Shown here: positions 47,075 through 55,726 of the stretch, one piece after another
How positions within the stretch are numbered: the stretch's first letter is position 1
Layout of the letters: each line of letters begins with the position of its first letter
Origin: Bacteroidales bacterium
Lineage (GTDB): Bacteria > Bacteroidota > Bacteroidia > Bacteroidales > UBA10428
DNA length: 64,000 nucleotides
Direction of reading: 5' to 3'
NCBI GenBank assembly: GCA_016935355.1
Contig: JAFGRC010000104.1
Location: 22,874 to 86,873 of the forward strand
Notes under the pieces: model-generated
What the model was told of the DNA's origin: nothing
Databases searched by the model: none
The model's input: only the letters and a program-made list of their open reading frames with translations
Made by a program: the position numbers and the translations under genes

Positions 47075-48100
47075 TTACTTTAGTTTATTCAGCCATTTAT
47101 TTCTCCTCTCAAGTATGAACAGGTCAAGCACCAGAATGAACAGGGCAGTCCATATAAAATACGGAAATTGTTCCTCGTATTCCGCATATACCTGAGATGT
47201 CGTTTCTGCCTGTTCCAGCTTTTTGAGCTGGCTGATGATATCGTTTAAACCCATTCCCGGTGTCGAAGCCCGGTAATATTTACCATTTCCGGCAGATGCA
47301 ATTTGTAAAAGCATTTTTTCATTAATTTCCGATACCACAAAATTACCGTCCTGGTCCCTTAAATAATCCTTGTTATAAGGGCCGGAACTGACGGGGATCC
47401 TTACTCCCTGACCTTGTCCCATGCCGATTGTAAAAATGCTGATATTCCTCTCATCCGCTTTTCTGCATGCTTCCATTACATCGCCTTCATGATTTTCTCC
47501 ATCACTGATCACTATGATCGCCCTTCCGACCTCCTGATCCTGTGTGAAAGATTTTATTGCCAGTTCAATTGCTGCACCGATTGCGGTGCCTTGCCGGGAT
47601 ACCATATCAGTATTGATTCCTGAAAGGAACATTTTGGCGGAAAGAATATCGCTCGTAATGGGTATCTGGGTATATGCCTCTCCGGCAAAGACTATAAGTC
47701 CAACCCGGTCATTTTCCAGTCTGTCCATCAGTCGCGACAGTTCCTGCTTTGCCCTTTCAAGACGGTTGGGTTTGATGTCTTCAGCCAGCATGCTGTTGGA
47801 GACATCCAGCGCAATGATGATCTCAAGTCCTTTTTGCCTCACGTCCACAAGCTTGGAACCAAATTGTGGCCCGGCAAGTGCAAAGATGATCAGGACAGCT
47901 GCCACCAACATTAGTACAAACTTGAAGTGGTAACGGAATGATGAAAAATCCGGCATCAGACGCTTTAAAAGCAGGCTTTCACCAAAATCTTTCATATTTC
48001 TCTTTTTCATGAACGAAATGATCACATACAAACCGGCCAGCGCCGGAATGACTGCGAGCAGCCATAAATACTCCATATGCTCGAATCTGAATGTATTCAT
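47075..48100 (-). CDS. batB: von Willebrand factor A (VWA) membrane protein BatB
   Basis: 341-aa ORF with N-terminal TM helices, MIDAS motif ALDVSNSM and a C-terminal TM helix. Confidence 0.85.
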   Translation of the reverse strand: MNTFRFEHMEYLWLLAVIPALAGLYVIISFMKKRNMKDFGESLLLKRLMPDFSSFRYHFKFVLMLVAAVLIIFALAGPQFGSKLVDVRQKGLEIIIALDVSNSMLAEDIKPNRLERAKQELSRLMDRLENDRVGLIVFAGEAYTQIPITSDILSAKMFLSGINTDMVSRQGTAIGAAIELAIKSFTQDQEVGRAIIVISDGENHEGDVMEACRKADERNISIFTIGMGQGQGVRIPVSSGPYNKDYLRDQDGNFVVSEINEKMLLQIASAGNGKYYRASTPGMGLNDIISQLKKLEQAETTSQVYAEYEEQFPYFIWTALFILVLDLFILERRNKWLNKLK

Positions 48101-49098
48101 TATACCATACTTCTTAAGAACACATTTCTGATGATCACCTCCACAAACACGAACAACAATGCCCAGACCCCAAAGATTCTGAACTCTTCGTATTTTCTCG
48201 AATACTGTCGCACATCAGTTTTTGTCGTCTCAAGCTGGTTGATCTGATCATATATTGCCCTGAGTTTTTCTTTGTCTGTGGCCCTGAAGTATTCTCCGTT
48301 TGTGAACAGGGCTATTTCCCTGAGCATTTCTTCGTCGATTTCCACTTTCGCCTGCTGGTAGTATATGTTACCAAAACGATCCTGAACTGGGAACGGTGCC
48401 ATACCTCTTGTGCCCACTCCGATTGTATACAGCCGGACTCCAAATGTTTTTGCTATGTCAGCTGCCGTATACGGATCTATGGAACCCGCATTATTCTCAC
48501 CATCGGTCACCAGTATCAGCACGCGACTTCTGGCAGCGCTTTCCTTAAGGCGTTTTACGGCATTTGCCAGGCCCAGTCCGATTGCAGTCGACTGATCCTC
48601 TACAATACCTACATTTACTTTCTGTATTAAGTTTATCAATACCGCATGATCCGTAGTCAGGGGACACTGTGTAAAACTCTCCCCGCCGAAAAGAACCAGA
48701 CCGATCCTGTCGTTCGGTCTCCCTGATACAAACTCAATTGCCACATCTTTTGAAGCTTCAATACGGTTTGGGGCGAAATCTGCCGCAAGCATGCTGCCCG
48801 AGATATCCAGTGCAAGCATGATATCAATTCCTTCAACAGATTCGTCATTCCATCGATTGGTTGACTGGGGCCTGGCCAGTACCAGGATCAGCGCAATACA
48901 CGCAAGCATCCTGAGGATAAAAGGAAAATGCCTCAAATAATACCGCATGCCATTTTTGGCATCAACCAGTTGAGAAAGCGTAGAAACCTGAATTTCTGCC
49001 TGAATGCGGTTGTGATAAATAATATACCAGACAATTGCCGGTATTACCAACAGCAAAAGATAAAGATATTCCGGATGCGCAAATGCGATGTTACTCAT
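48100..49098 (-). CDS. batA: VWA membrane protein BatA
   Basis: 332-aa ORF with MIDAS motif ALDISGSM. Its stop shares one base with the batB start. Confidence 0.85.
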   Translation of the reverse strand: MSNIAFAHPEYLYLLLLVIPAIVWYIIYHNRIQAEIQVSTLSQLVDAKNGMRYYLRHFPFILRMLACIALILVLARPQSTNRWNDESVEGIDIMLALDISGSMLAADFAPNRIEASKDVAIEFVSGRPNDRIGLVLFGGESFTQCPLTTDHAVLINLIQKVNVGIVEDQSTAIGLGLANAVKRLKESAARSRVLILVTDGENNAGSIDPYTAADIAKTFGVRLYTIGVGTRGMAPFPVQDRFGNIYYQQAKVEIDEEMLREIALFTNGEYFRATDKEKLRAIYDQINQLETTKTDVRQYSRKYEEFRIFGVWALLFVFVEVIIRNVFLRSMV

Positions 49099-49099
49099 T

Positions 49100-50095
49100 T
49101 CAGACCTGTATTTCTTTGAGCCTTTCCGTTTTCATTACCTGATTTTCCCCGACCTCCTGTCCTGTTCCCGTGCTGGTTCTTTTAATATACTCGGTTGCAA
49201 GTTCGATCTGGTCTGCATTTTCTTCCCTCTCAGGGAGGACCCTGGCAAACTTCACAAGATCTGCAAGTGTAAGCAACTGTGATAACAATTGAAGGCTGCA
49301 GGAATCCTGAGTTATATTCTTCAGAGCCTGAATAATTTCCTCTGTGGTTAGTTCAGGTGCCATTATTTGATATCGTTGTTCGATATAGTTCCGTATAATT
49401 TCTGAAAGCCTGATATAATAGAATTTGATCTTATTGTGCAACCATGGGGTCTCCGCCCTGAGCTTTTCCAGCTCAATCAGTGCAATTGCGTCCGGAGGAC
49501 CAAGCATTTGGCCGGCAAGTGCGACGGACATTCCCGTATATTTTTTCCTGTAGTAGGCTCTTACGAGCCAGATGGCCACGATGGTAACCAGTGCCGCAAT
49601 AATGTATGGCAACAGTTCCATGATTGTTATCGGTGCTCTGTAATTTGCCTTAATATCCCTGATTTCAGATTCCAAAGGAAGTGGTATAATTTCAAAACCG
49701 GTAGGCAATGTCCTGACCGTATCATACAAATGCCCGGATTGATAAACAAATTTCAGCGGGGGTATCTCGAAAAAACCGGTATCGAACACGGCAATTACAA
49801 GTTCCTGCTGAAGCTTTTCAAATCCTTCGGACATCCTCATGGTATCAATACCAGATTTGCGTACAACTTCAATTTTTTCGGCCAGTTCGCCGGCAATTTC
49901 AGGGAAGCTCACCACAACACCCTCAGGCTTTTCGACCGTAAGTTGGATGTTCAGCTGATCACCGATCAACGCCCTGTTGGTATCCAGGTCAGCCCTGACC
50001 GTGATGTCCTGGGCGGATAATCTGCAGGCAGAAGCCAAAGTGAGCATGCAGCCAACAACCGGGATTACCAAATTATGTTTCAGGAACGCTTTCAT
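49100..50095 (-). CDS. Bat-operon membrane protein with a BatD-like N-terminal module (hypothetical)
   Basis: 331-aa ORF with a signal peptide and a segment ITVRADLDTNRALIGDQLNIQLTV that resembles the first BatD module. It has one TM helix (LLPYIIAALVTIVAIWLV) and a helical cytoplasmic domain. There is a 1-nt gap to batA. Confidence 0.6.
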   Translation of the reverse strand: MKAFLKHNLVIPVVGCMLTLASACRLSAQDITVRADLDTNRALIGDQLNIQLTVEKPEGVVVSFPEIAGELAEKIEVVRKSGIDTMRMSEGFEKLQQELVIAVFDTGFFEIPPLKFVYQSGHLYDTVRTLPTGFEIIPLPLESEIRDIKANYRAPITIMELLPYIIAALVTIVAIWLVRAYYRKKYTGMSVALAGQMLGPPDAIALIELEKLRAETPWLHNKIKFYYIRLSEIIRNYIEQRYQIMAPELTTEEIIQALKNITQDSCSLQLLSQLLTLADLVKFARVLPEREENADQIELATEYIKRTSTGTGQEVGENQVMKTERLKEIQV

Positions 50096-50128
50096 AAGAT
50101 CCGAGTCCGTTATTTGTTTGTCAGCTAA

Positions 50129-50995
50129 CTATGTCCTCTTCTTAAAAAGTCTCATCAATGGCTTAACATAATCTTCATGAGTGGCGACTGAAACATGATC
50201 GACACCATGCCGGGTAAACAGATCACGAATATCCTCCTGCCGTTTCAGAAACATTTTGCGATAACCATCCCTGACTGCATTGTTCGATGTATCAATCCAT
50301 TTAATCATACCGGTTTCCGCATCACGCAATTTAAGCAGTCCCACATCCGGCAATTCGGTTTCACGGTAATCATAGATCCACAAACTTACAAGGTCATGCT
50401 TTTTGTTTGCGATCTTCAACGCATCTTCGAAACCCTCATCAATAAAATCGGATATCAGAAATGCAATGCTGCGCTTTTTAATCACATTGACAAGATATTG
50501 AAGCGGTAATGAAATATCGGTTCTGTGGTTCACAGGCTTGTATCCGATCAGTTCACGAATGATTCTCAGGATATGCTGCCTTCCTTTTTTGGGCGGAATA
50601 AATTTTTCGATCCGGTCTGTAAACATAATCATGCCGACTTTATCATTGTTCTGAATTGCTGAGAATGACAGAACGGATGCCATCTCGGCAATCAGATTGT
50701 TTTTATAACGGCACCTTGTACCAAATTCGGAAGAGCTGCTTACATCAACCAGCAGCATAACCGTCAGTTCCCGCTCCTCCTCAAATATCTTTACATAAGG
50801 ATGATTGAAACGGGCTGTTACATTCCAGTCAACATTCCTGAAATCATCACCATACTGGTATTCACGAACTTCGCTGAATGCCATTCCCCTTCCCTTAAAT
50901 GCAGAATGGTACTCACCGGCAAAAATATGACGGGAAAGACCTTTTGTTTTAATCTCTATTTTGCGTACTTTTTGTAATAGTTCGTTGGTTTCCAA
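50129..50995 (-). CDS. DUF58 domain protein (MoxR-associated, VWA-like)
   Basis: 288-aa ORF. REYQYGDDFRNVDWNVTAR is the DUF58 hallmark. Confidence 0.85.
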   Translation of the reverse strand: METNELLQKVRKIEIKTKGLSRHIFAGEYHSAFKGRGMAFSEVREYQYGDDFRNVDWNVTARFNHPYVKIFEEERELTVMLLVDVSSSSEFGTRCRYKNNLIAEMASVLSFSAIQNNDKVGMIMFTDRIEKFIPPKKGRQHILRIIRELIGYKPVNHRTDISLPLQYLVNVIKKRSIAFLISDFIDEGFEDALKIANKKHDLVSLWIYDYRETELPDVGLLKLRDAETGMIKWIDTSNNAVRDGYRKMFLKRQEDIRDLFTRHGVDHVSVATHEDYVKPLMRLFKKRT

Positions 50996-51013
50996 TGCAC
51001 TAAAACTTTTATA

Positions 51014-51433
51014 TTATTCTTTCCGAATGTTGACTGTAAAGTACCATTCCTCCTCCTCGAGTGTTACAGCATAATGCTTTCCATCGTGACTGTATGTCCA
51101 GCTTTTTTCCCCGTTTTTTTTATAAGTCCTGTTGAGCATTCCGATCATATCGTTCAGGTTTGCATAATCAGATATCCATCGCACATACGTGCACATATCG
51201 TCATCTGAAAGAAAAAACAGTATTGTTTGCTCACTGACACTGTCAATAAACTTAAGGTATTTGTAAGTATTGTTCACCGAAGAATTGTCAATCCTGAAAT
51301 CCGGATGATCCTGCCTCAGAACTTTCGCAATGTTATCCTTATGCAGGCCAATGAAATTTTGTCCATGTGTGAGCGTCATTCCCCACATGAAAACAAACAG
51401 GGTTAGTAGGATTCTGTTCCTTGCAATCATCAT
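51014..51433 (-). CDS. small secreted protein (hypothetical) inserted between moxR and DUF58
   Basis: 139-aa ORF with signal peptide MMIARNRILLTLFVFMWGMTLTHGQ. Its ATG shares one base with the moxR stop (TAATG). Confidence 0.5.
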   Translation of the reverse strand: MMIARNRILLTLFVFMWGMTLTHGQNFIGLHKDNIAKVLRQDHPDFRIDNSSVNNTYKYLKFIDSVSEQTILFFLSDDDMCTYVRWISDYANLNDMIGMLNRTYKKNGEKSWTYSHDGKHYAVTLEEEEWYFTVNIRKE

Positions 51434-52431
51434 TAAGGTACTTCAATATTGTTTAATATGTCGATCACGATATTTTCCGTTGTGATGTTTTCAGCTTCCG
51501 CCTCATAAGTCAGTCCAATTCTGTGCCTCAGAACATCAAGACAAACTGCCCGCACATCTTCAGGAATTACATAACCCCTGTGCCTGATAAAAGCAAAGGC
51601 TTTGGCGGCTTTAGCCAGATTGATACTGGCCCTGGGCGAGGCCCCGTAGTTGATCATGTTTTCAAACTGTGATAGATTATATTTTTCAGGTTGACGCGTT
51701 GCAAAAACGATATCCAGAATGTACTGCTCAATTTTATCATCCATATATACTTCCTTAACGATCTCTCTGGTTCGTATAATGTCATCTGGCGTCAGGATGG
51801 TATTTGTCACCGGAAATTCCTTCCCGATATTTTCCCGGATAATGAGTCTTTCTTCTTCGAGGGAAGGGTAAGTAATGATAACTTTCAGCATGAACCGGTC
51901 AACCTGTGCTTCAGGCAGAGGATATGTACCTTCCTGCTCAATGGGATTTTGTGTGGCAAGTACCATAAATGGTTTTGGCAGCTCAAATGACTGGCTCCCG
52001 ATGGTCACCTGCTTCTCCTGCATCGCCTCAAGCAATGCGCTCTGAACCTTGGCGGGAGATCTGTTAACCTCATCAGCCAGGACAAAATTCGCAAATACCG
52101 GTCCCTTACGCACAATGAACTCTTCTTTTTTCTGACTGTAAATCATGGTACCGATAAGATCGGCCGGAAGCAGATCGGGTGTGAACTGTATACGACTAAA
52201 TACGGCGTTGACTGAATGAGCCAGTGTATTGATCGCAAGTGTTTTTGCAAGTCCGGGAACACCTTCAAGCAGGATATGGCCATCAGAAAGAAGGCCGATC
52301 AGAAGACTGTCTATCAGATGCTTCTGTCCTATGATCACTTTGCGTATTTCCTGTGTGATCCGTTCGATAAAAACGCTTTCATGCTGTATTTTTTCATTCA
52401 GCTCCCTGATCTGATTTGATAAGTCAGCCAT
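51433..52431 (-). CDS. MoxR-family AAA+ ATPase
   Basis: 332-aa ORF with Walker A LLEGVPGLAKT, Walker B VLADEVNR, and VLATQNPIEQEGTYPLPEAQVDRF. Confidence 0.9.
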   Translation of the reverse strand: MADLSNQIRELNEKIQHESVFIERITQEIRKVIIGQKHLIDSLLIGLLSDGHILLEGVPGLAKTLAINTLAHSVNAVFSRIQFTPDLLPADLIGTMIYSQKKEEFIVRKGPVFANFVLADEVNRSPAKVQSALLEAMQEKQVTIGSQSFELPKPFMVLATQNPIEQEGTYPLPEAQVDRFMLKVIITYPSLEEERLIIRENIGKEFPVTNTILTPDDIIRTREIVKEVYMDDKIEQYILDIVFATRQPEKYNLSQFENMINYGASPRASINLAKAAKAFAFIRHRGYVIPEDVRAVCLDVLRHRIGLTYEAEAENITTENIVIDILNNIEVP

Positions 52432-52733
52432 AACAACTAATCTTGGTGCTTGTTAAAAAACAATATGGTTCACTATTATACGGATGCGGCGCCACAACTG
52501 TTCAGTATGCTGTTCGTTTGAGTGTTGCCGTGATCGCTAGCGAAAGTAACAATTTTTATACCATCTCGTCAGCCTTCCCCTTAAGATGTTTTGCTATATT
52601 ATTGATAATCAAGAATTATTCTTTTGTTAAAAATTGTTAAATAGGTGATTGTGAATAATTAATATATTTCAGAAGCAATACGGTTCCCGAAAATTATGCA
52701 ACTTTATGAGTGTATTAAACAACAAATGATACT

Positions 52734-53489
52734 TTGATCAGCAGGCACTTCATCGAATTGTCCTTCAGGGGTACACGCTATCATGGATGGCAGATACAGA
52801 CCAATGCCCTTACCGTCCAGGCAGCTGTGGAAACCGCCCTTCATAAAATCTGCGGAAAGCAGGTTAAAGTTGTCGGATCCGGACGAACGGACGCAGGCGT
52901 GCATGCCAGGTCTTTCATAGCTCATGTTGATGTGGAAAGCGGCTTATTCCTGGACAAAAAAGTCTTTCTTTACAAAATTAACAGTATTCTTCCCGGGGAC
53001 ATTGCTGTAAATAACATTCAAGCGGTCAGATCAGAAGCTCATGCCCGTTTCAGTGCACTTTCCAGAACATATGAATACGCTGTTCGTCAATATAAAGACC
53101 CCTTTCTGACTGACCTCTCCTGGTTTTATGGACGGCCTCTTGATGTGGGAGCCATGAATGATGCCGCAAAAAAGCTGCTGTATTACTCTGATTTTACCAG
53201 TTTCAGTAAGCTCCACAGCAATGTAAAGACAAATACCTGCCATGTTGTGCAGGCGCACTGGAAAGAATTTAACAGGCATCTTGTATTTGGAATCGAAGCC
53301 GACCGTTTCCTGAGAAATATGGTACGAGCCATTGTTGGCACCCTGATTGGTGTGGGAAACGGTAAAATAACACAGGAAGATTTCATCCGCATTATTGAAA
53401 GCAAAGACCGTGGCACGGCATTATTTTCAGCACCGGCGCACGGATTGTCCCTGGTCCGCGTAAAATATCCCGGCGATATTTATCTGTAA
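52734..53489 (+). CDS. truA: tRNA pseudouridine(38-40) synthase
   Basis: 251-aa ORF containing YHGWQIQ and the catalytic Asp motif GSGRTDAGVHA. The first codon is TTG, so the start is uncertain by a few codons. Confidence 0.9.
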   Translation: MISRHFIELSFRGTRYHGWQIQTNALTVQAAVETALHKICGKQVKVVGSGRTDAGVHARSFIAHVDVESGLFLDKKVFLYKINSILPGDIAVNNIQAVRSEAHARFSALSRTYEYAVRQYKDPFLTDLSWFYGRPLDVGAMNDAAKKLLYYSDFTSFSKLHSNVKTNTCHVVQAHWKEFNRHLVFGIEADRFLRNMVRAIVGTLIGVGNGKITQEDFIRIIESKDRGTALFSAPAHGLSLVRVKYPGDIYL

Positions 53490-53589
53490 TCGCAAAATTT
53501 GCTCTGCATCCAGGTCAATTTAACAGTGGTCAACAAGAACTTTTTACCTGTTTTTGCGTATAAAAGAAGACTGATTAAAGGATGTTTTT

Positions 53590-54099
53590 ATGAAACGATT
53601 TTGGATCACGTTATGCGCAGTTTTTGTCTTTACTACAGCCTATATGCAAAATACCATACCCAGAGCTCAGACACTTTTTATCTACAATTTTTGCCTGCTG
53701 ACCGAATGGCCTGATGGTTACCGGACCGGGCCATTTATTATCGGAGTTTTGGGAGATTCGGAAATAACGGGCGAACTGGAATCCTACATGTCGGACAGGA
53801 AAGTAGGGTCCCAGAACATCAGGATCGTACAATTCAATGCTTCCAAAGACATCACAAGATGTCACATCCTGTTCGTACCCTTTTCAAAAACCCGGATGAT
53901 TCCGGAAATAAGTCGTCATCTGGCCGGGAAAAGCACGTTGCTCGTAACGGAAAGAAGCGGAGCTCTGGATGCAGGATCAGCAATCAATTTCGTGATCGTC
54001 CGTGAAAAAATGAAATTTGAGGTCAGGACCGAGAATGCGGACAAATACGGTATCAGTCTGAGTTCTGAACTGCAGGAAATGGCAGCCCTGGCCATGTAA
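53590..54099 (+). CDS. YfiR/DUF4154-family periplasmic protein
   Basis: 169-aa ORF with a signal peptide. LFIYNFCLLTEWPDG...IGVLGDSE...CHILFV...TLLVTE...GSAINFV...KMKFEV fits DUF4154. Confidence 0.6.
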   Translation: MKRFWITLCAVFVFTTAYMQNTIPRAQTLFIYNFCLLTEWPDGYRTGPFIIGVLGDSEITGELESYMSDRKVGSQNIRIVQFNASKDITRCHILFVPFSKTRMIPEISRHLAGKSTLLVTERSGALDAGSAINFVIVREKMKFEVRTENADKYGISLSSELQEMAALAM

Positions 54100-54115
54100 A
54101 CTTCATCATTCGTAT

Positions 54116-54871
54116 TCAAAGTTCAGAATCATTCCAGATTTCCCATGCTCTTTCTGCCTGAAGCTGCAGCATTTTCATCCCGTTGAAAACAGTTGCACCC
54201 TTTGATTTACCTTTTTCCAGGAACCGGGTAATGGCCGGATTATAGATCAGATCATATAAAATATGTCCGGGTGTCAGTTCATGGTATGGAATGTCGGGAA
54301 AGGATCCGGTATCAGGATACATGCCAACCGGACTGGTATTTACAATGATCTGAGCCTCTGAGAATATTTCAGGCGACAGGTCTTTATAGGAAATCTGGCC
54401 CTGGCGGACAGGATTACGTGATACAAAGGTAGTCCTGATGTTATGTTTTTTCAACACAAAGGCAACTGCTTTAGATGCGCCTCCGGTCCCCAGAATAAGC
54501 GCATTCCTGTGAGAAGGTTTGAGAAAAGGTATGATCGAAGCTTCAAATCCGTATGCATCAGTGTTAAATCCTTTTAAACGATAAGTCCTTTCGGGTCGGT
54601 ATATTTTAACTGTATTTACTGCACCGATTTCCCTGGCCTCGTCATCCAGATCATTCAGAAAGGAAAGGATCGTTTCTTTATAGGGAATCGTTACATTCAG
54701 TCCGGCAAGTTCAGGATGCCCGGTTATCAAATCATGCAACCGGTCAATGGTTTCGATCGGAAAATTCTCATAATAACAATCGAAAAGGGATTCCTTCCTG
54801 AATTTTTTTGTGAAAAATTGTTTTGAGAATGAATGTGTGATCGGTAAGCCTATTAAACCATAACCCTTCAT
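54116..54871 (-). CDS. aroE: shikimate dehydrogenase
   Basis: The ORF runs to 54898, but the canonical N-terminus MKGYGLIGLPITHSFS begins at the ATG at 54871. It has an NAD(P) loop ILGTGGASKAV. Confidence 0.85.
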   Translation of the reverse strand: MKGYGLIGLPITHSFSKQFFTKKFRKESLFDCYYENFPIETIDRLHDLITGHPELAGLNVTIPYKETILSFLNDLDDEAREIGAVNTVKIYRPERTYRLKGFNTDAYGFEASIIPFLKPSHRNALILGTGGASKAVAFVLKKHNIRTTFVSRNPVRQGQISYKDLSPEIFSEAQIIVNTSPVGMYPDTGSFPDIPYHELTPGHILYDLIYNPAITRFLEKGKSKGATVFNGMKMLQLQAERAWEIWNDSEL

Positions 54872-54894
54872 ACCTGTTGATCCGGAAAGGCTGT

Positions 54895-55707
54895 TCATGA
54901 ATCAAGGTGCTGATATTTTTCCGATTCTGGTCTGTAATCAGTAAAAGTTGATGGCAGGAAATCAAAAAAAGTATCACCGCGCAAGCCCAGGCGAAGACAT
55001 TCAAGAGGTATGACATCCTGTGCGGCAATATTGCCCAGGTTAACGTTGCATCCCAGTTGCTTAATAAACCAGACCTGTTGTTTTCCCGCCGGAGCTTCCC
55101 ATAATACATTGGTTGCATCCACCGTTTTGTTGATCATACTGATCAATTCCACATCAGCTGTACCATCGCTATGGTAAATGCCTGTCGTACCACTTTCACG
55201 AGCTTCAGCAATCACCTTCCATGAACCCGCTTCAAGTTCGGATTCCATCATCCTGGCCCAGACATGATCCGGGATCTCAACACCTTTTTGTTTGGAACCG
55301 ACTTCAGACAAGACGGTAAAGTTGACCGAAAGTTTTTTGATATATTCAAGTTTCCTGCTGTGATGCATGAACATGGATCCGTCTGAAACCTCAGCAACCA
55401 TGATTCCCAGATCATCAAGCAATTTCATGTAATCCTCAAACTTGTTCCGGATTATAAAAGCTTCGAATAATGTGCCGCCAAGATACGTTTTAATACCTGC
55501 CTGATGATACAACCGGATTTTCTGTTCCAGTTTCTCACTTAATACGGCAGTTCCAAATCCAAGCTTAACAAGATCAGTAAATCCGGCACACATCTCAACA
55601 AAATCCTCAGCCTGCCGGAAACTCAATCCTTTATCCATCACCATGGTCAATCCGTTCTCTCTTGGTTTAGCCAGTCTCTCAGGCAGATAAGGTAATTCGA
55701 TTTTCAT
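54895..55707 (-). CDS. comA: (2R)-phospho-3-sulfolactate synthase (ComA family)
   Basis: 270-aa ORF. LPERLAKPRENGLTMVMDKGL is the characteristic ComA (PF02679-type) N-terminal motif, and the rest is TIM-barrel-like. Confidence 0.75.
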   Translation of the reverse strand: MKIELPYLPERLAKPRENGLTMVMDKGLSFRQAEDFVEMCAGFTDLVKLGFGTAVLSEKLEQKIRLYHQAGIKTYLGGTLFEAFIIRNKFEDYMKLLDDLGIMVAEVSDGSMFMHHSRKLEYIKKLSVNFTVLSEVGSKQKGVEIPDHVWARMMESELEAGSWKVIAEARESGTTGIYHSDGTADVELISMINKTVDATNVLWEAPAGKQQVWFIKQLGCNVNLGNIAAQDVIPLECLRLGLRGDTFFDFLPSTFTDYRPESEKYQHLDS

Positions 55708-55726
55708 TATTTCAGTAAGGATTAAT

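Noticed and set aside
49436-50020. A 194-aa + strand ORF opposite the 331-aa Bat-operon membrane protein.
   Set aside because: It would break the tightly packed minus-strand operon. The product lacks motifs and is rich in Cys, Arg, Gly and Phe. Shadow ORF.
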